A DNA stretch of 64,000 nucleotides from an uncultured Acidimicrobiaceae bacterium (lineage in GTDB: Bacteria > Actinomycetota > Acidimicrobiia > Acidimicrobiales > Palsa-688). This document shows, one piece after another, positions 28,379 to 37,482 of this stretch. The stretch lies in contig CAVSAM010000009.1 of assembly GCA_963725935.1 (NCBI GenBank), positions 55,321-119,320 on the forward strand, given 5' to 3'. Every line of letters begins with the position of its first letter. The stretch's first letter is position 1. The notes under the pieces were generated by a model. It worked only from the letters and a program-made list of their open reading frames with translations, did not search any database and was not told where the DNA came from. Both the position numbers and the translations under genes were made by a program.

Positions 28379-29296
28379 CTATTGGTAGAGCGTGCCGGTG
28401 TTGACTATCGGCTGAGTGTCCCGGTCGGCGCAGAGCACGACGAGGAGGTTCGAGACCATGGCGGCCTTGCGCTCCTCGTCCAGTTCGACGATGTTGTCTG
28501 CGGCGAGGCGACCGAGCGCCATCTGGACCATGCCCACTGCGCCGTCAACGATCCGAGAGCGGGCTGCAACCACGGCGGTCGCCTGTTGGCGCCGCAGCAT
28601 GACCTGGGCGATCTCGGGCGCGTACGACAGCCGGGTGATCCTGGCCTCGATGATGTCGACGCCAGCGGGGACCACCCGGGCTGCGATCTCGGTTGCGAGC
28701 TGGCCGGCGATCTCGTCGGTGTGGTCGCGCAGGGAGAGGACGTCGTCGCGCCCGCCGTTGTCGTAGGGGTGGCCGTTGGCAGTATGGCGGAGCGCTGCTT
28801 CGCTCTGGGTATTGACGAACGCCACAAAGTCTTCGACGCCGTAAGTCGCGCGGGCGCTGTCGCGGACCTGCCAGACCACAACGGCAGCGATCTCTATCGG
28901 GTTGCCGTCGGAGTCGTTGACCTTGACCGTCGGGGTCTCCTTGTTGCGGATCCGCACCGATACCTTCCGGCGTTGAGAGAACAGGTTGACCCAGCGAAGC
29001 CCGGTGGTACGCACTGTTCCGCGGTACCCCCCGAAAAGCTGGACGACGCGCACTTCGCCGGGCTTGATAGCAGTGAGCCCAGCAAAGGCGCCTACGGCCA
29101 CCACGAGCAGGGCCGCTCCCGTCCACCCACCGACTGCCCCGCCGACTGTCTTGATCACCACGACACCTGCGATGGCGAACGCGATCCCACCGATCAGGAC
29201 CGCAATACCCGGTCCGGAACTGATCGTTCGTTCATCGACCGGCACAGCGGCCTTGGCTGGCCGAGCCGGGTCTCCACTTGCTACTTGTGCTTCCAT
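28379..29296 (-). CDS. SPFH/band-7 (stomatin/prohibitin-like) membrane protein
   Basis: ATG at 29296 preceded by AGGAGG. There are two N-terminal hydrophobic segments (GIAVLIGGIAFAIAGVVVI, AALLVVAVGAFAGLTAI). The SPFH core reads IKPGEVRVVQLFGGYRGTV...IAAVVVWQVRDSARATYGVEDF......ALR. Confidence 0.85.
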   Translation of the reverse strand: MEAQVASGDPARPAKAAVPVDERTISSGPGIAVLIGGIAFAIAGVVVIKTVGGAVGGWTGAALLVVAVGAFAGLTAIKPGEVRVVQLFGGYRGTVRTTGLRWVNLFSQRRKVSVRIRNKETPTVKVNDSDGNPIEIAAVVVWQVRDSARATYGVEDFVAFVNTQSEAALRHTANGHPYDNGGRDDVLSLRDHTDEIAGQLATEIAARVVPAGVDIIEARITRLSYAPEIAQVMLRRQQATAVVAARSRIVDGAVGMVQMALGRLAADNIVELDEERKAAMVSNLLVVLCADRDTQPIVNTGTLYQ

Positions 29297-29436
29297 GGTG
29301 CAGCCTCCTACTTGGCGCCTCCCGGCTGGGAGCACGTCACGTATCAAAGTGATATCACTTTACGGGGGTCGTTGTCAAGGATGTCGGCCCCGTCGCTCAA
29401 AGCGGGGAGCGGGCCGCGCCTACGGCTGGCCCGTCG

Positions 29437-30471
29437 TCAGTCCTGGCCGACCTCGGAGCGGACAAGGGGCGCCACTTTGGTGCCGTAAAGCTCGATGTTC
29501 CGCATGATCGAACCATGGGGCAGGGACCCTGCGCTGGACTTGAGATCGAGGCGAGAAAGACCAAGGCTGGTTACCACGTGGACGATCTTTTCCGCCACGG
29601 TGCTTGGTGACCCGGCGAACAGAGCGCCTTCCGGGCCGGCCGCGGCCTCGAACTGCTGGCGGGTCATGGGGGGCCACCCGCGCTCGCGCCCTATGCGAGC
29701 GTGCACCGCGGCGTAGTGGGGCCAAAGCTGGTCCAAGGCTTCTTCGTCGGTGTCGGCGACAAAGCCGTGGCTGTGCATCGCAACCGGCAACCTCGGCTGG
29801 CCAAACTCGTCGAGGGCCCGGTAGTAAAGGTCGATCAGGGGGGCAAAACGTATGGGGCTCCCGCCAATGACGGCCAAAGTCAGCGGGAAGCCGTACTTGG
29901 CTGCTCTGACGACTGATCCAGGGTTCCCACCCACCCCGACCCAGGTCCGTAGGCCGTGGGCAGTCTTCGGGTAAACAAGCTGGTCCCGCAGGGAAGCCCG
30001 CGTGGAGCCGGACCAAGTAACCGGGCCCTCGCGCAGGAGCGCGGCGAAAAGGTCCAGCTTCTCGTCGAAAAGCTTCTCGTAGTCCGCCAGGTCGTAGCCG
30101 AAGAGAGGGAAAGATTCGGTGAAGGATCCCCGGCCCAAGATGACCTCAGCGCGTCCCTCGGAGATTGCGTCCAGAGTCGCGAAGCGTTCGAAAACCCGGA
30201 CGGGGTCATCCGAGCTCAGCACGGTGACCGCCGAGGCCAACCGGATCTTGGATGTCCGCGTAGCTATCGCGGCGAGTACTATCTCGGGGGCCGAGATTGC
30301 GAAATCGGCCCGGTGGTGCTCGCCCACCCCGATCACGTCCAGCCCGACCTCGTCCGCCAGCACCCCTTCCTCCACGACATTTCGGAGCACCGCGTCGTAC
30401 GCCAGCGGGCGGCCGTCAGGGCCTGACGTGACGTCGCCGAAGGTGTCTATACCCAGCTCTACCTGTCCCAT
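29437..30471 (-). CDS. LLM-class flavin-dependent oxidoreductase
   Basis: 344 aa containing MGQVELGIDTFGD, LDVIGVGEHHRADFAISAPEIVLAAIATRTSKIRLASAVTVLSSDDPVRVFERFATLD and GRAEVILGRGSF. Confidence 0.85.
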   Translation of the reverse strand: MGQVELGIDTFGDVTSGPDGRPLAYDAVLRNVVEEGVLADEVGLDVIGVGEHHRADFAISAPEIVLAAIATRTSKIRLASAVTVLSSDDPVRVFERFATLDAISEGRAEVILGRGSFTESFPLFGYDLADYEKLFDEKLDLFAALLREGPVTWSGSTRASLRDQLVYPKTAHGLRTWVGVGGNPGSVVRAAKYGFPLTLAVIGGSPIRFAPLIDLYYRALDEFGQPRLPVAMHSHGFVADTDEEALDQLWPHYAAVHARIGRERGWPPMTRQQFEAAAGPEGALFAGSPSTVAEKIVHVVTSLGLSRLDLKSSAGSLPHGSIMRNIELYGTKVAPLVRSEVGQD

Positions 30472-30596
30472 TGCTGCTCCTTTACGGCCGGGCCGCTGGG
30501 CCCGGCGCGTTACTAGCTGCCGCAGCTTGCAACATTGTGGACGTGTCCACTATTCCACTTAGAACTGCCCCGGCATGAGCGGTCCATGCTGGCAGT

Positions 30597-31142
30597 TCAC
30601 CAACCGGGCCCGACAGAAGACACGCCTGCCCGCCGCCGGAGCACCTCGCGTTGGACGCCGAGAGTAACGGCCAGGTAGAGCAACAGGCTGGAGGCCCCGA
30701 GCCCAGCGATCTTGGTCGAGTGGTCGATGCCCACCTCCATCGCGAGATGCGCGCCAAGGGAGATCACCCACAGGACGGCGGTCACGACTGTTCCTTGGCT
30801 CATTGCGGGCCCGTCTTGGACACGCCAAATCTTCGTGGAAAAGGCGCGAGCCGTCCCGAGCGCGCCTCCGATGACCAAGGAGGCCACGATCCAGGTCACG
30901 GGCCCGGCCCCCACGGAGTGCCCCTTCGTGGCGTCGGTGAGCTCGATGATGCCGATTATCCCGAGGATTACGGAAATGCGAGTAGCCGATCCTTCTCGGA
31001 CTGGGCGTGCCCTCATCTGGCGCGCTACCAGCAGCGCTACTACGGCGACACCGATGACGACGTCGGTGACCTCGTTGGTCGACATAACTTGGGTCAGCAT
31101 GCCAGAGCCGAGGCTCGTCGCATGATCAAGTCCCGTAACCAA
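30597..31142 (-). CDS. Hypothetical integral membrane protein (4-5 TM)
   Basis: Alternating hydrophobic helices: VVIGVAVVALLV, ISVILGIIGII, VTWIVASLVIGGAL, TVVTAVLWVISLGAHLA, SSLLLYLAVTLGV. It is divergent from the HD-GYP gene. The start is uncertain (possibly 31100). Confidence 0.6.
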   Translation of the reverse strand: MVTGLDHATSLGSGMLTQVMSTNEVTDVVIGVAVVALLVARQMRARPVREGSATRISVILGIIGIIELTDATKGHSVGAGPVTWIVASLVIGGALGTARAFSTKIWRVQDGPAMSQGTVVTAVLWVISLGAHLAMEVGIDHSTKIAGLGASSLLLYLAVTLGVQREVLRRRAGVSSVGPGW

Positions 31143-31198
31143 GCGACCGTTAAATCAGAGATGACGCTCTTGCGGCCCTGTTGACCGCGGAAGGCTAG

Positions 31199-33313
31199 AT
31201 GGTCCAGGCGGAACGTTGGCGCTCGCACCGTGTGCTGGGCACCCTCTTGTCGGGTGCCGCGGTCGCGGCTCCCTTCGCGGTGTCGATCGCGGCCGCCATG
31301 GCCGTGGGGCGCGAGATCCCCCGCGGGGAAGCTCTGTTCAGACAGGCGCTTTGGTGGGTTGCCGTGCTCGGCTCGTCGGCGGTCGCGTTTGTCGGGTCCG
31401 AGCGTCTTTGTAGGCGCCTTCTCCCGCTGGCCGCCCTGCTGAAGATGACCATGCTTTTCCCCGACCAGGCCCCGAAGCGGATGAAGGTCGCGTGGCGGGC
31501 GGGTACCACCCGCGAACTCGAACGCCGCGCGAGCGAAGGGCCGAGTAACGACCAAAAGGTGCCGGCCGCCGTGGCTGAGGAGATCCTCGCGCTCGCCACC
31601 TCACTCGGTCGCCACGATCGGAAGACCCGCGGGCACTCGGAGCGTGTCAGGGCCTTTACGGACATGATCGCCGACGAAATGCGGCTCCCCCTTGCCGATC
31701 GGGACCGGCTCCGCTGGTCTGCGCTCCTCCACGACGTCGGCAAGCTCGCCGTGCACCCTGATGTCCTGAACAAGGCCGAGAAACTGACGGACGCAGAGTG
31801 GCAGGAGATCCGCGATCACCCCCTCGAGGGCCGGCGCCTCGTCGCACCCCTCGCCCCGTGGCTAGGTGCCTGGAGCCTCGCGATCGAGCAACACCACGAA
31901 AACCACGACGGGTCCGGGTACCCGTTCGGGTTGTCCGGCGACGAGATCTCACTTGGGGCCCGCATAGTTTCGGTTGCTGACGCCTTCGAAGTGATGACGG
32001 CGGTCCGCTCGTACAAAAAGGCGATGAGCCCTGTCGCGGCGCGGACCGAATTGACCCGGTGCGCTGGGAGCCAGTTCGACCCCGCGATAGTGAGGGCCTT
32101 CCTCAACGTGTCGATCGGGAGGCTTCGTTGGGTAATCGGCCCGGTCTCGTGGGTCGCCGACGTCCCGTTCGTTGCCCGCCTAGGAATGGCCGGGCACGCT
32201 CTGGCGACCGGTGCTCAGGTCGCGGTCGGAGCGGCGGCACTGACTGCTGGCGGCGTCTTGGCGGCGCATGCCGCGGCCGCCCCTGCGCCGCAGGCCAACC
32301 TTGTTCGCGCTACGCCGATCGCCGCCAGTGTCACGACCACAGGCACAACGACTGGGACGACGACGACGGTACCGCCCCTGGGTTTCGCAGGCCCGGCCCG
32401 GACGGTCGCGACCACCGCGACCAACGTGACCACCACGCGTCAAGCGACCACGACGACAAAGCCGTCAACTGCCACTACGAGACGGCCCAAGGTCACCTCG
32501 CTACCGGGCCAAACGACCTCGACCGTGACGGCGCCCGGTGTGGCGACGACCACAGGCACGCCTGGAGACGTTGGGGCGCCACCCACGCAGGCCACAACGA
32601 CCACTGCGGGCACCCCGACGCCACAACTGCAAACGGCCCCGACGGTGCGCTCATCGACTGTTCCGCCAAGCAGGCCGGCAACCAGCACGACCGTTCGTCC
32701 GCCAACGCCAACGGGCACGACCGCTGCGAAACCGACGAGCACAACCGCCGGACCACCCGCCAGCACGACCGTGGCGCTCCCTCCGACCGTAACTGCTCAG
32801 CCCGTCGCCGTCGCGACGACTTTGGTCCCGGCGGCCGCTTCCACGCCGAGCACAGCAACAGCCGTGGTGCCGGCGACCAGGACCACGAAGCCGCCGACCA
32901 CCACCACGCAGCCGCCGACCACTACAACCAAACCGACCACTACCACTAGGGCGACCACTACGACCAGACCGTCGACGACTACCACCGCTCAGCCCACGAC
33001 GACCACCCGACCCACGACGACCACCCGACCCACGACGACCACCCGAGCGACCACGACGACCACCCAGCCACCGGCCACGACGACCACCCGACCGACAACG
33101 ACGACAGTTGGGACCACGACGACCGTTCCGACTACGACGACGGTTCGGCCGACGACGACCACCACTCAGCCCACGACAACGACGGCTGCTCTGCCGACGA
33201 CGACTCAGCCACCGGCCACGACAACGACCGGGGGCCCAGTCACGACGACGACCGCGCCTGCGACTACCACCACAACCCATTGCGTCCTTAATCTCCTAGG
33301 AATTTGCATCTGA
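31199..33313 (+). CDS. Membrane-associated HD-GYP domain protein with a ~340-aa Thr/Pro-rich C-terminal tail
   Basis: N-terminal TM helices. The HD-GYP core reads HSERVRAFTDMIA...SALLHDVGKLAV...HHENHDGSGYPFGL...VADAFEVMTAVRSYK. More hydrophobic segments follow. From aa ~365 to the end the sequence is TTTGTTTGTTTTVPP...TTTTRPTTTTRPTTTTRATTTT...HCVLNLLGICI. Confidence 0.85.
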   Translation: MVQAERWRSHRVLGTLLSGAAVAAPFAVSIAAAMAVGREIPRGEALFRQALWWVAVLGSSAVAFVGSERLCRRLLPLAALLKMTMLFPDQAPKRMKVAWRAGTTRELERRASEGPSNDQKVPAAVAEEILALATSLGRHDRKTRGHSERVRAFTDMIADEMRLPLADRDRLRWSALLHDVGKLAVHPDVLNKAEKLTDAEWQEIRDHPLEGRRLVAPLAPWLGAWSLAIEQHHENHDGSGYPFGLSGDEISLGARIVSVADAFEVMTAVRSYKKAMSPVAARTELTRCAGSQFDPAIVRAFLNVSIGRLRWVIGPVSWVADVPFVARLGMAGHALATGAQVAVGAAALTAGGVLAAHAAAAPAPQANLVRATPIAASVTTTGTTTGTTTTVPPLGFAGPARTVATTATNVTTTRQATTTTKPSTATTRRPKVTSLPGQTTSTVTAPGVATTTGTPGDVGAPPTQATTTTAGTPTPQLQTAPTVRSSTVPPSRPATSTTVRPPTPTGTTAAKPTSTTAGPPASTTVALPPTVTAQPVAVATTLVPAAASTPSTATAVVPATRTTKPPTTTTQPPTTTTKPTTTTRATTTTRPSTTTTAQPTTTTRPTTTTRPTTTTRATTTTTQPPATTTTRPTTTTVGTTTTVPTTTTVRPTTTTTQPTTTTAALPTTTQPPATTTTGGPVTTTTAPATTTTTHCVLNLLGICI

Positions 33314-33409
33314 GTTCCGCTGCAGGGCGTGCGGGAGGTCGGTTGGGGTATGGCGGGGATGAAATGGAGGCGGCCTGCGCCGAAAACCGCAAACGTGGCC
33401 CCGCGATGG

Positions 33410-33502
33410 CCCGATCGGGCACCGAAACGTCGATTTCTTTGCACCAGCGTCAGCGATGCACACTGCTTGCGGGCCCGATCGGTTACCGCCGTGAAAAGTT
33501 GC
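33410..33502 (+). repeat. Interspersed repeat family R2, copy C (inverted relative to A and B)
   Basis: The element is CCGATCGGGCACCGAAACGTCGATTTCTTTGCACCAGCG...CGATCGGTTACCGCCGTGAAAAGTTG. It is the reverse complement of the A/B consensus. It lies in the convergent gap between the HD-GYP gene and the merR gene. Confidence 0.8.
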
Positions 33503-33550
33503 TAAGTGACGGGGATAGGAAATCGGTCTTGGTAGCCGCGCTAAGGCGTA

Positions 33551-34405
33551 TCAAGCAAACGGGACGGCAAAATCGCAGTCGGGGACGCTGGTTTCGGTGA
33601 TGGGAAGCTTGGCGAGGTAGGTCGTCCGAACGCCGAGGTCGCTCGGCTGTGCGCCATGGCTGGCAGCCCACGAATGCAGCGACTGCGTGACAAGTTCCCA
33701 CTGGGTAGGTGGGAGATCTGCTGCCGACCTCGCTCCGATAACCGGCGTTGGCAGCTGGACGAAGGCCTCCTTGTGCGCCGGCTCGGTCCGCACAGAGAGC
33801 TCAGGGACGCGGGAGGCGAGAGCCTCGGCCTGGTCGGCGGGTACCGGTAGGCACCACTCGAGCGGTCCATCGCTGTCCTGGTTCACCTGTCCCCACCAGA
33901 TGCAGAAGAAGGCTCCGGCCCTTCCTTCGATCCGGAGCAGGTCCTTGCCTCTGATAATAGAGATGAACTCCTTGCCGAACGCCCATGCGCCAGCATCGCC
34001 TTCGACGTTGCGTTTCAAGCAGAGAACGGTCCGGTCCGGAATTTCCCTCGTAGAGACCTCGTACATAATTGGCTCCTTTCCGCTTAGTTGGGCAACCAGG
34101 TAGCCGACCAGCTCCTTGCGCTCGCCGTGCTCCACCTCGGAATTAGCCCACAACGCCGCAATGCGCTCAGCCGCCGCTTCCCGTTCGAGACCAAGGACTT
34201 CTTTGATGTCCGCTAGCGGGAAACCGAGCTGGCGCAGCGCCGAGATGAGGCGTGCCGGTTCGAGCTGAGCGGGCCCGTACAGACGGTACCCGGATTTGGC
34301 GTCAACTTCTGCAGGCAGTAAAAGGCCCAATTCGTCGTAAAGGCGCAGGGCTTTGGCTGATAGGCGGGAGCGTTTCGAGAATTCCCCGATGGTCATGCGC
34401 TCCAC
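33551..34405 (-). CDS. MerR-family regulator with a C-terminal GyrI-like effector-binding domain
   Basis: The sequence MTIGEFSKRSRLSAKALRLYDELGLLLPAEVDAKSGYRLYGPAQLEPARLISALRQLGFPLADIKEVL is followed by a ~150-aa GyrI-like domain. Confidence 0.85.
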   Translation of the reverse strand: MERMTIGEFSKRSRLSAKALRLYDELGLLLPAEVDAKSGYRLYGPAQLEPARLISALRQLGFPLADIKEVLGLEREAAAERIAALWANSEVEHGERKELVGYLVAQLSGKEPIMYEVSTREIPDRTVLCLKRNVEGDAGAWAFGKEFISIIRGKDLLRIEGRAGAFFCIWWGQVNQDSDGPLEWCLPVPADQAEALASRVPELSVRTEPAHKEAFVQLPTPVIGARSAADLPPTQWELVTQSLHSWAASHGAQPSDLGVRTTYLAKLPITETSVPDCDFAVPFA

Positions 34406-34482
34406 TTACAGGCTCCCTTTTGCTTGTTTATGCCGGGTCATTTGCCGGCAATTCCAGTCTGCGGCCTGCCCCAAGGTGAAGG

Positions 34483-35754
34483 TCAAGGGGAACCTGCGCG
34501 TTGGCGGCGGAAACCGGGCAAGGCGGCTGCCAGGACCACCGCACCGACGACGCAGGCGAGCCCGCCGGAGACCACCGATGCTGTATCGCCGAACCCGGCG
34601 GCGACCGTGCCCGCCTCGAAGTCGCCGAGGCGCGGGCCGCCTGATACGACCGCAGTCTGGAACCCGCCCAAGCGGCCCCTCAAAGCGTCTGTTACGGCCA
34701 GCTGGATGATGGTGTTGCGGAACACCGCCGATATGACGTCGGCCCAGCCGGCGACGGCGAGCAGGACAAGGGCGGCCGGCAGCCAATGGACCAGGCCGAA
34801 GCAAGTTATGGCTAGTCCCCACACGATTACGGCCACGATCACCGCGCGGCCTTGGCGGTGCACCCGGTGCACCCAGCCTGTCGTAAGGGCGCCTAGCAAA
34901 GCCCCTGCACCAGGGGCGGCGTAAAGGAAGCCCACCGTCGTCGCCCCGCCACCGAAGACTGTCGTCGCCAAGGCAGGGAACAAAGCGCGCGGCATACCGA
35001 ACACCATGGCGTCGAGGTCGATGACATAGGCGCCCTGGATCTGCTGGCGGCCTCGGAGGAACTGGAAGCCCTCGACGATCGAGCGCAGCCCGGGAGGGTT
35101 ACCCCTTTCCTTGGGGGGCTGCGGGCCGATCCGGAACACGGCTGCGAGAGCGACGGCGAAGGTGGCTACGTCGACCCAGTACACAAAGCGGACACCGGCA
35201 CCTGCCAGCAAGAGACCGGCGACCGCTGGGCCTACGACCGTCCCGACCTGGAACAAGGCCTGGAAGATGGCGTTGGCAGCCGGGACGTCGGACCGCCCGA
35301 CCATGTTGGGGACCAAAGCGTTGCGGGTGGAACCGTCGCAGCCGCTGAGGGCGGCCGCCACCGCAGGCAGGATGAACAGGGGCCACAGCGACGGGCCGAG
35401 GTCCGCGTTCAGGGCGAGCCCGGCACTGGTCAGTGCCATCAACGACTCGACCGCCAACAGCAAGCGGCGGCGGTCGACCGCGTCTGCCACCGAGCCGCCC
35501 AACACTGAGCCCACTATCAGTGGCACGAGCTGGGTGAGGGAAACCAGGCCCACGTCGAACGACGAATGTGTGAGACGGTAAACCTGCCAGGGCACGGCGA
35601 CGGTGGTGACCTGGCTCCCGAGGATCGCGACCCCCTCTCCTACGACCAGCCTGCGGAAATCGCGCGACCGCGATAACGGGCCCAGGTCGATTAGCAGGCT
35701 GCGCCGCGGCGGGCGCGAGTGGACATCTTCCGGCTGTGCCACGTGAGACGCCAA
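34483..35754 (-). CDS. MFS transporter (EntS/MFS_3-like, 12 TM)
   Basis: 423 aa with 12 hydrophobic helices, containing FRRLVVGEGVAILGSQVTTVAVPWQVY and the GG.+AD..DRRRLL motif. Confidence 0.85.
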   Translation of the reverse strand: MASHVAQPEDVHSRPPRRSLLIDLGPLSRSRDFRRLVVGEGVAILGSQVTTVAVPWQVYRLTHSSFDVGLVSLTQLVPLIVGSVLGGSVADAVDRRRLLLAVESLMALTSAGLALNADLGPSLWPLFILPAVAAALSGCDGSTRNALVPNMVGRSDVPAANAIFQALFQVGTVVGPAVAGLLLAGAGVRFVYWVDVATFAVALAAVFRIGPQPPKERGNPPGLRSIVEGFQFLRGRQQIQGAYVIDLDAMVFGMPRALFPALATTVFGGGATTVGFLYAAPGAGALLGALTTGWVHRVHRQGRAVIVAVIVWGLAITCFGLVHWLPAALVLLAVAGWADVISAVFRNTIIQLAVTDALRGRLGGFQTAVVSGGPRLGDFEAGTVAAGFGDTASVVSGGLACVVGAVVLAAALPGFRRQRAGSP

Positions 35755-35819
35755 ACTAGCGGCCGGCCGAACGCGAGGCGTGGCCTAAGAACGCTGGTAC
35801 TAGGAAGTAGGTTGCGTGC

Positions 35820-37460
35820 ATGGCTGACGAAGCGGTCGCGTTCCCTGTCCTTGATGCCACCGAGCTCGGCCGCCTCGATGCGATAGGCAGCCGCCGGTCG
35901 GTCGGCGGCGGTGAGTACCTCTTCCGAGAGGGCGATCCCGCCTACGACTTCTACGTTGTCGTGTCGGGTGCGGTCGACATATTGATGCGTACCGACGATG
36001 CAGACCGGGTTGTAACGCGCCACGGCCCTGGACGTTTCGTTGGGGAGCTCAACCTGTTGACCGGCCAACGAACGATCGTGTCCGCCGTGGTCGCCGAGCC
36101 GGGCGAGGTCCTGGTAGTCGGAAGGGAAGCGTTCCGGCAGATGATCAGGACAGACCCAAGGCTCAGCGACAGGATCCTGGCCGCTTTTCTCGCTCGGCGA
36201 TCGGAGCTTTTCAAGGGCGCCTCCGCAGCGATCCGCATAGTTGGGTCGAGGTTCTCGCCCGAGCTGACGCCGATCCGGGAGTTCCTGTACCGCAACCGCA
36301 TCCCCCATGAGCTGATGGACCCGGACCAGGACCCCCATGTCGAAGACGTCCTGCGTGAGTTCGATGTCAGACCGGAAGAGCTCCCAGTGGTGATCGCCAC
36401 CGGCTCGGTGCTGCGCCGCCCGACCCCGGGTGGGTTGGCGGAGTACCTCGGCCTGACAGTGGAAAGCCTTCCGGGCCGTTGTTTTGACCTCGTCGTCGTT
36501 GGTGCCGGGCCGGCGGGTCTGGCGGCTGCCGTGTACGGTGCCTCGGAGGGATTGGGGACCTTGGCCCTCGACAAGATCGCGGTCGGCGGCCAGGCCGGGA
36601 CCAGCTCCCGGATCGAGAACTATTTCGGCTTCCCGATCGGCATCTCCGGGGGAGACCTCACGCAACGGGCGATGGTGCAAGCGGAGAAGTTCGGCGCAAA
36701 CCTAGTCAACCCGTGTGCCGCCGTTTCGCTACGTGAGAAGGCCGGGCATCTGGTGGTTGACCTCACCGACGGCACCGCGGTCGCCGGCCGGGCCGTGATC
36801 GTCGCCACGGGTGCGCGCTACCGAAGGCTCGATGCCGCGCACCTCGACCAGTACGAATCGAGCGGGGTCTTCTACGCGGCGACGGAATTGGAAGCCCGGC
36901 TCTGCGCGGGCTCACCCGTCGTGGTTGCCGGCGGAGGGAACTCTGCCGGTCAGGCGTCCCTTTTCCTCGCCGAGAAGGGGTGCCATGTCACCATCGTGAT
37001 CCGTGGGCCTGACCTGAGCGCGAGCATGTCTCGCTATCTCATCGACCGCGTCGAGGCCCACGAGCGCGTCGTTGTCCGCTCGAGCACGTCCATCACGGCC
37101 CTTAAAGGTGACCAGTCCCTGTCGACCGTGCTGGTCACCGGGAAGGACGGCGATGGTGCAATCCCCTGCACCGGCCTGTTCTCTTTCATCGGTGCTGACC
37201 CATCGTCGGCTTGGTTGTCTGGGTGTGCTGCTCTTGACGAGAGGGGCTTCGTGTTGACCGACCGCTCGCTCGGGCCAGAGCACCTCGACGACCGATGGGA
37301 AATCTATGCCCGGTCGCCCCTCCCGTTCGAGACGAGCCACCCCGGCCTGTTCGCTGTCGGCGACGTCCGGTCTGGTTCGACCAAACGGGTGGCCGCGGCG
37401 GTGGGTGAAGGGTCCGCCGCGGTTCGCTCCGTCCACGAGTACCTGGCCTTTTCTCGCTGA
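35820..37460 (+). CDS. Cyclic-nucleotide-binding domain fused to a thioredoxin-reductase-like FAD/NAD(P) oxidoreductase
   Basis: The N-terminal cNMP domain reads GEYLFREGDPAYDFYVVVSGAVDI...GRFVGELNLLTGQR. It is followed by DLVVVGAGPAGLAAAVYGASEGL, VVAGGGNSAGQASLFLA and GLFAVGDVRSGSTKRVAAAVGEGS. Confidence 0.85.
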   Translation: MADEAVAFPVLDATELGRLDAIGSRRSVGGGEYLFREGDPAYDFYVVVSGAVDILMRTDDADRVVTRHGPGRFVGELNLLTGQRTIVSAVVAEPGEVLVVGREAFRQMIRTDPRLSDRILAAFLARRSELFKGASAAIRIVGSRFSPELTPIREFLYRNRIPHELMDPDQDPHVEDVLREFDVRPEELPVVIATGSVLRRPTPGGLAEYLGLTVESLPGRCFDLVVVGAGPAGLAAAVYGASEGLGTLALDKIAVGGQAGTSSRIENYFGFPIGISGGDLTQRAMVQAEKFGANLVNPCAAVSLREKAGHLVVDLTDGTAVAGRAVIVATGARYRRLDAAHLDQYESSGVFYAATELEARLCAGSPVVVAGGGNSAGQASLFLAEKGCHVTIVIRGPDLSASMSRYLIDRVEAHERVVVRSSTSITALKGDQSLSTVLVTGKDGDGAIPCTGLFSFIGADPSSAWLSGCAALDERGFVLTDRSLGPEHLDDRWEIYARSPLPFETSHPGLFAVGDVRSGSTKRVAAAVGEGSAAVRSVHEYLAFSR

Positions 37461-37482
37461 GGCCTAAACTTCTAGTCGAGGG

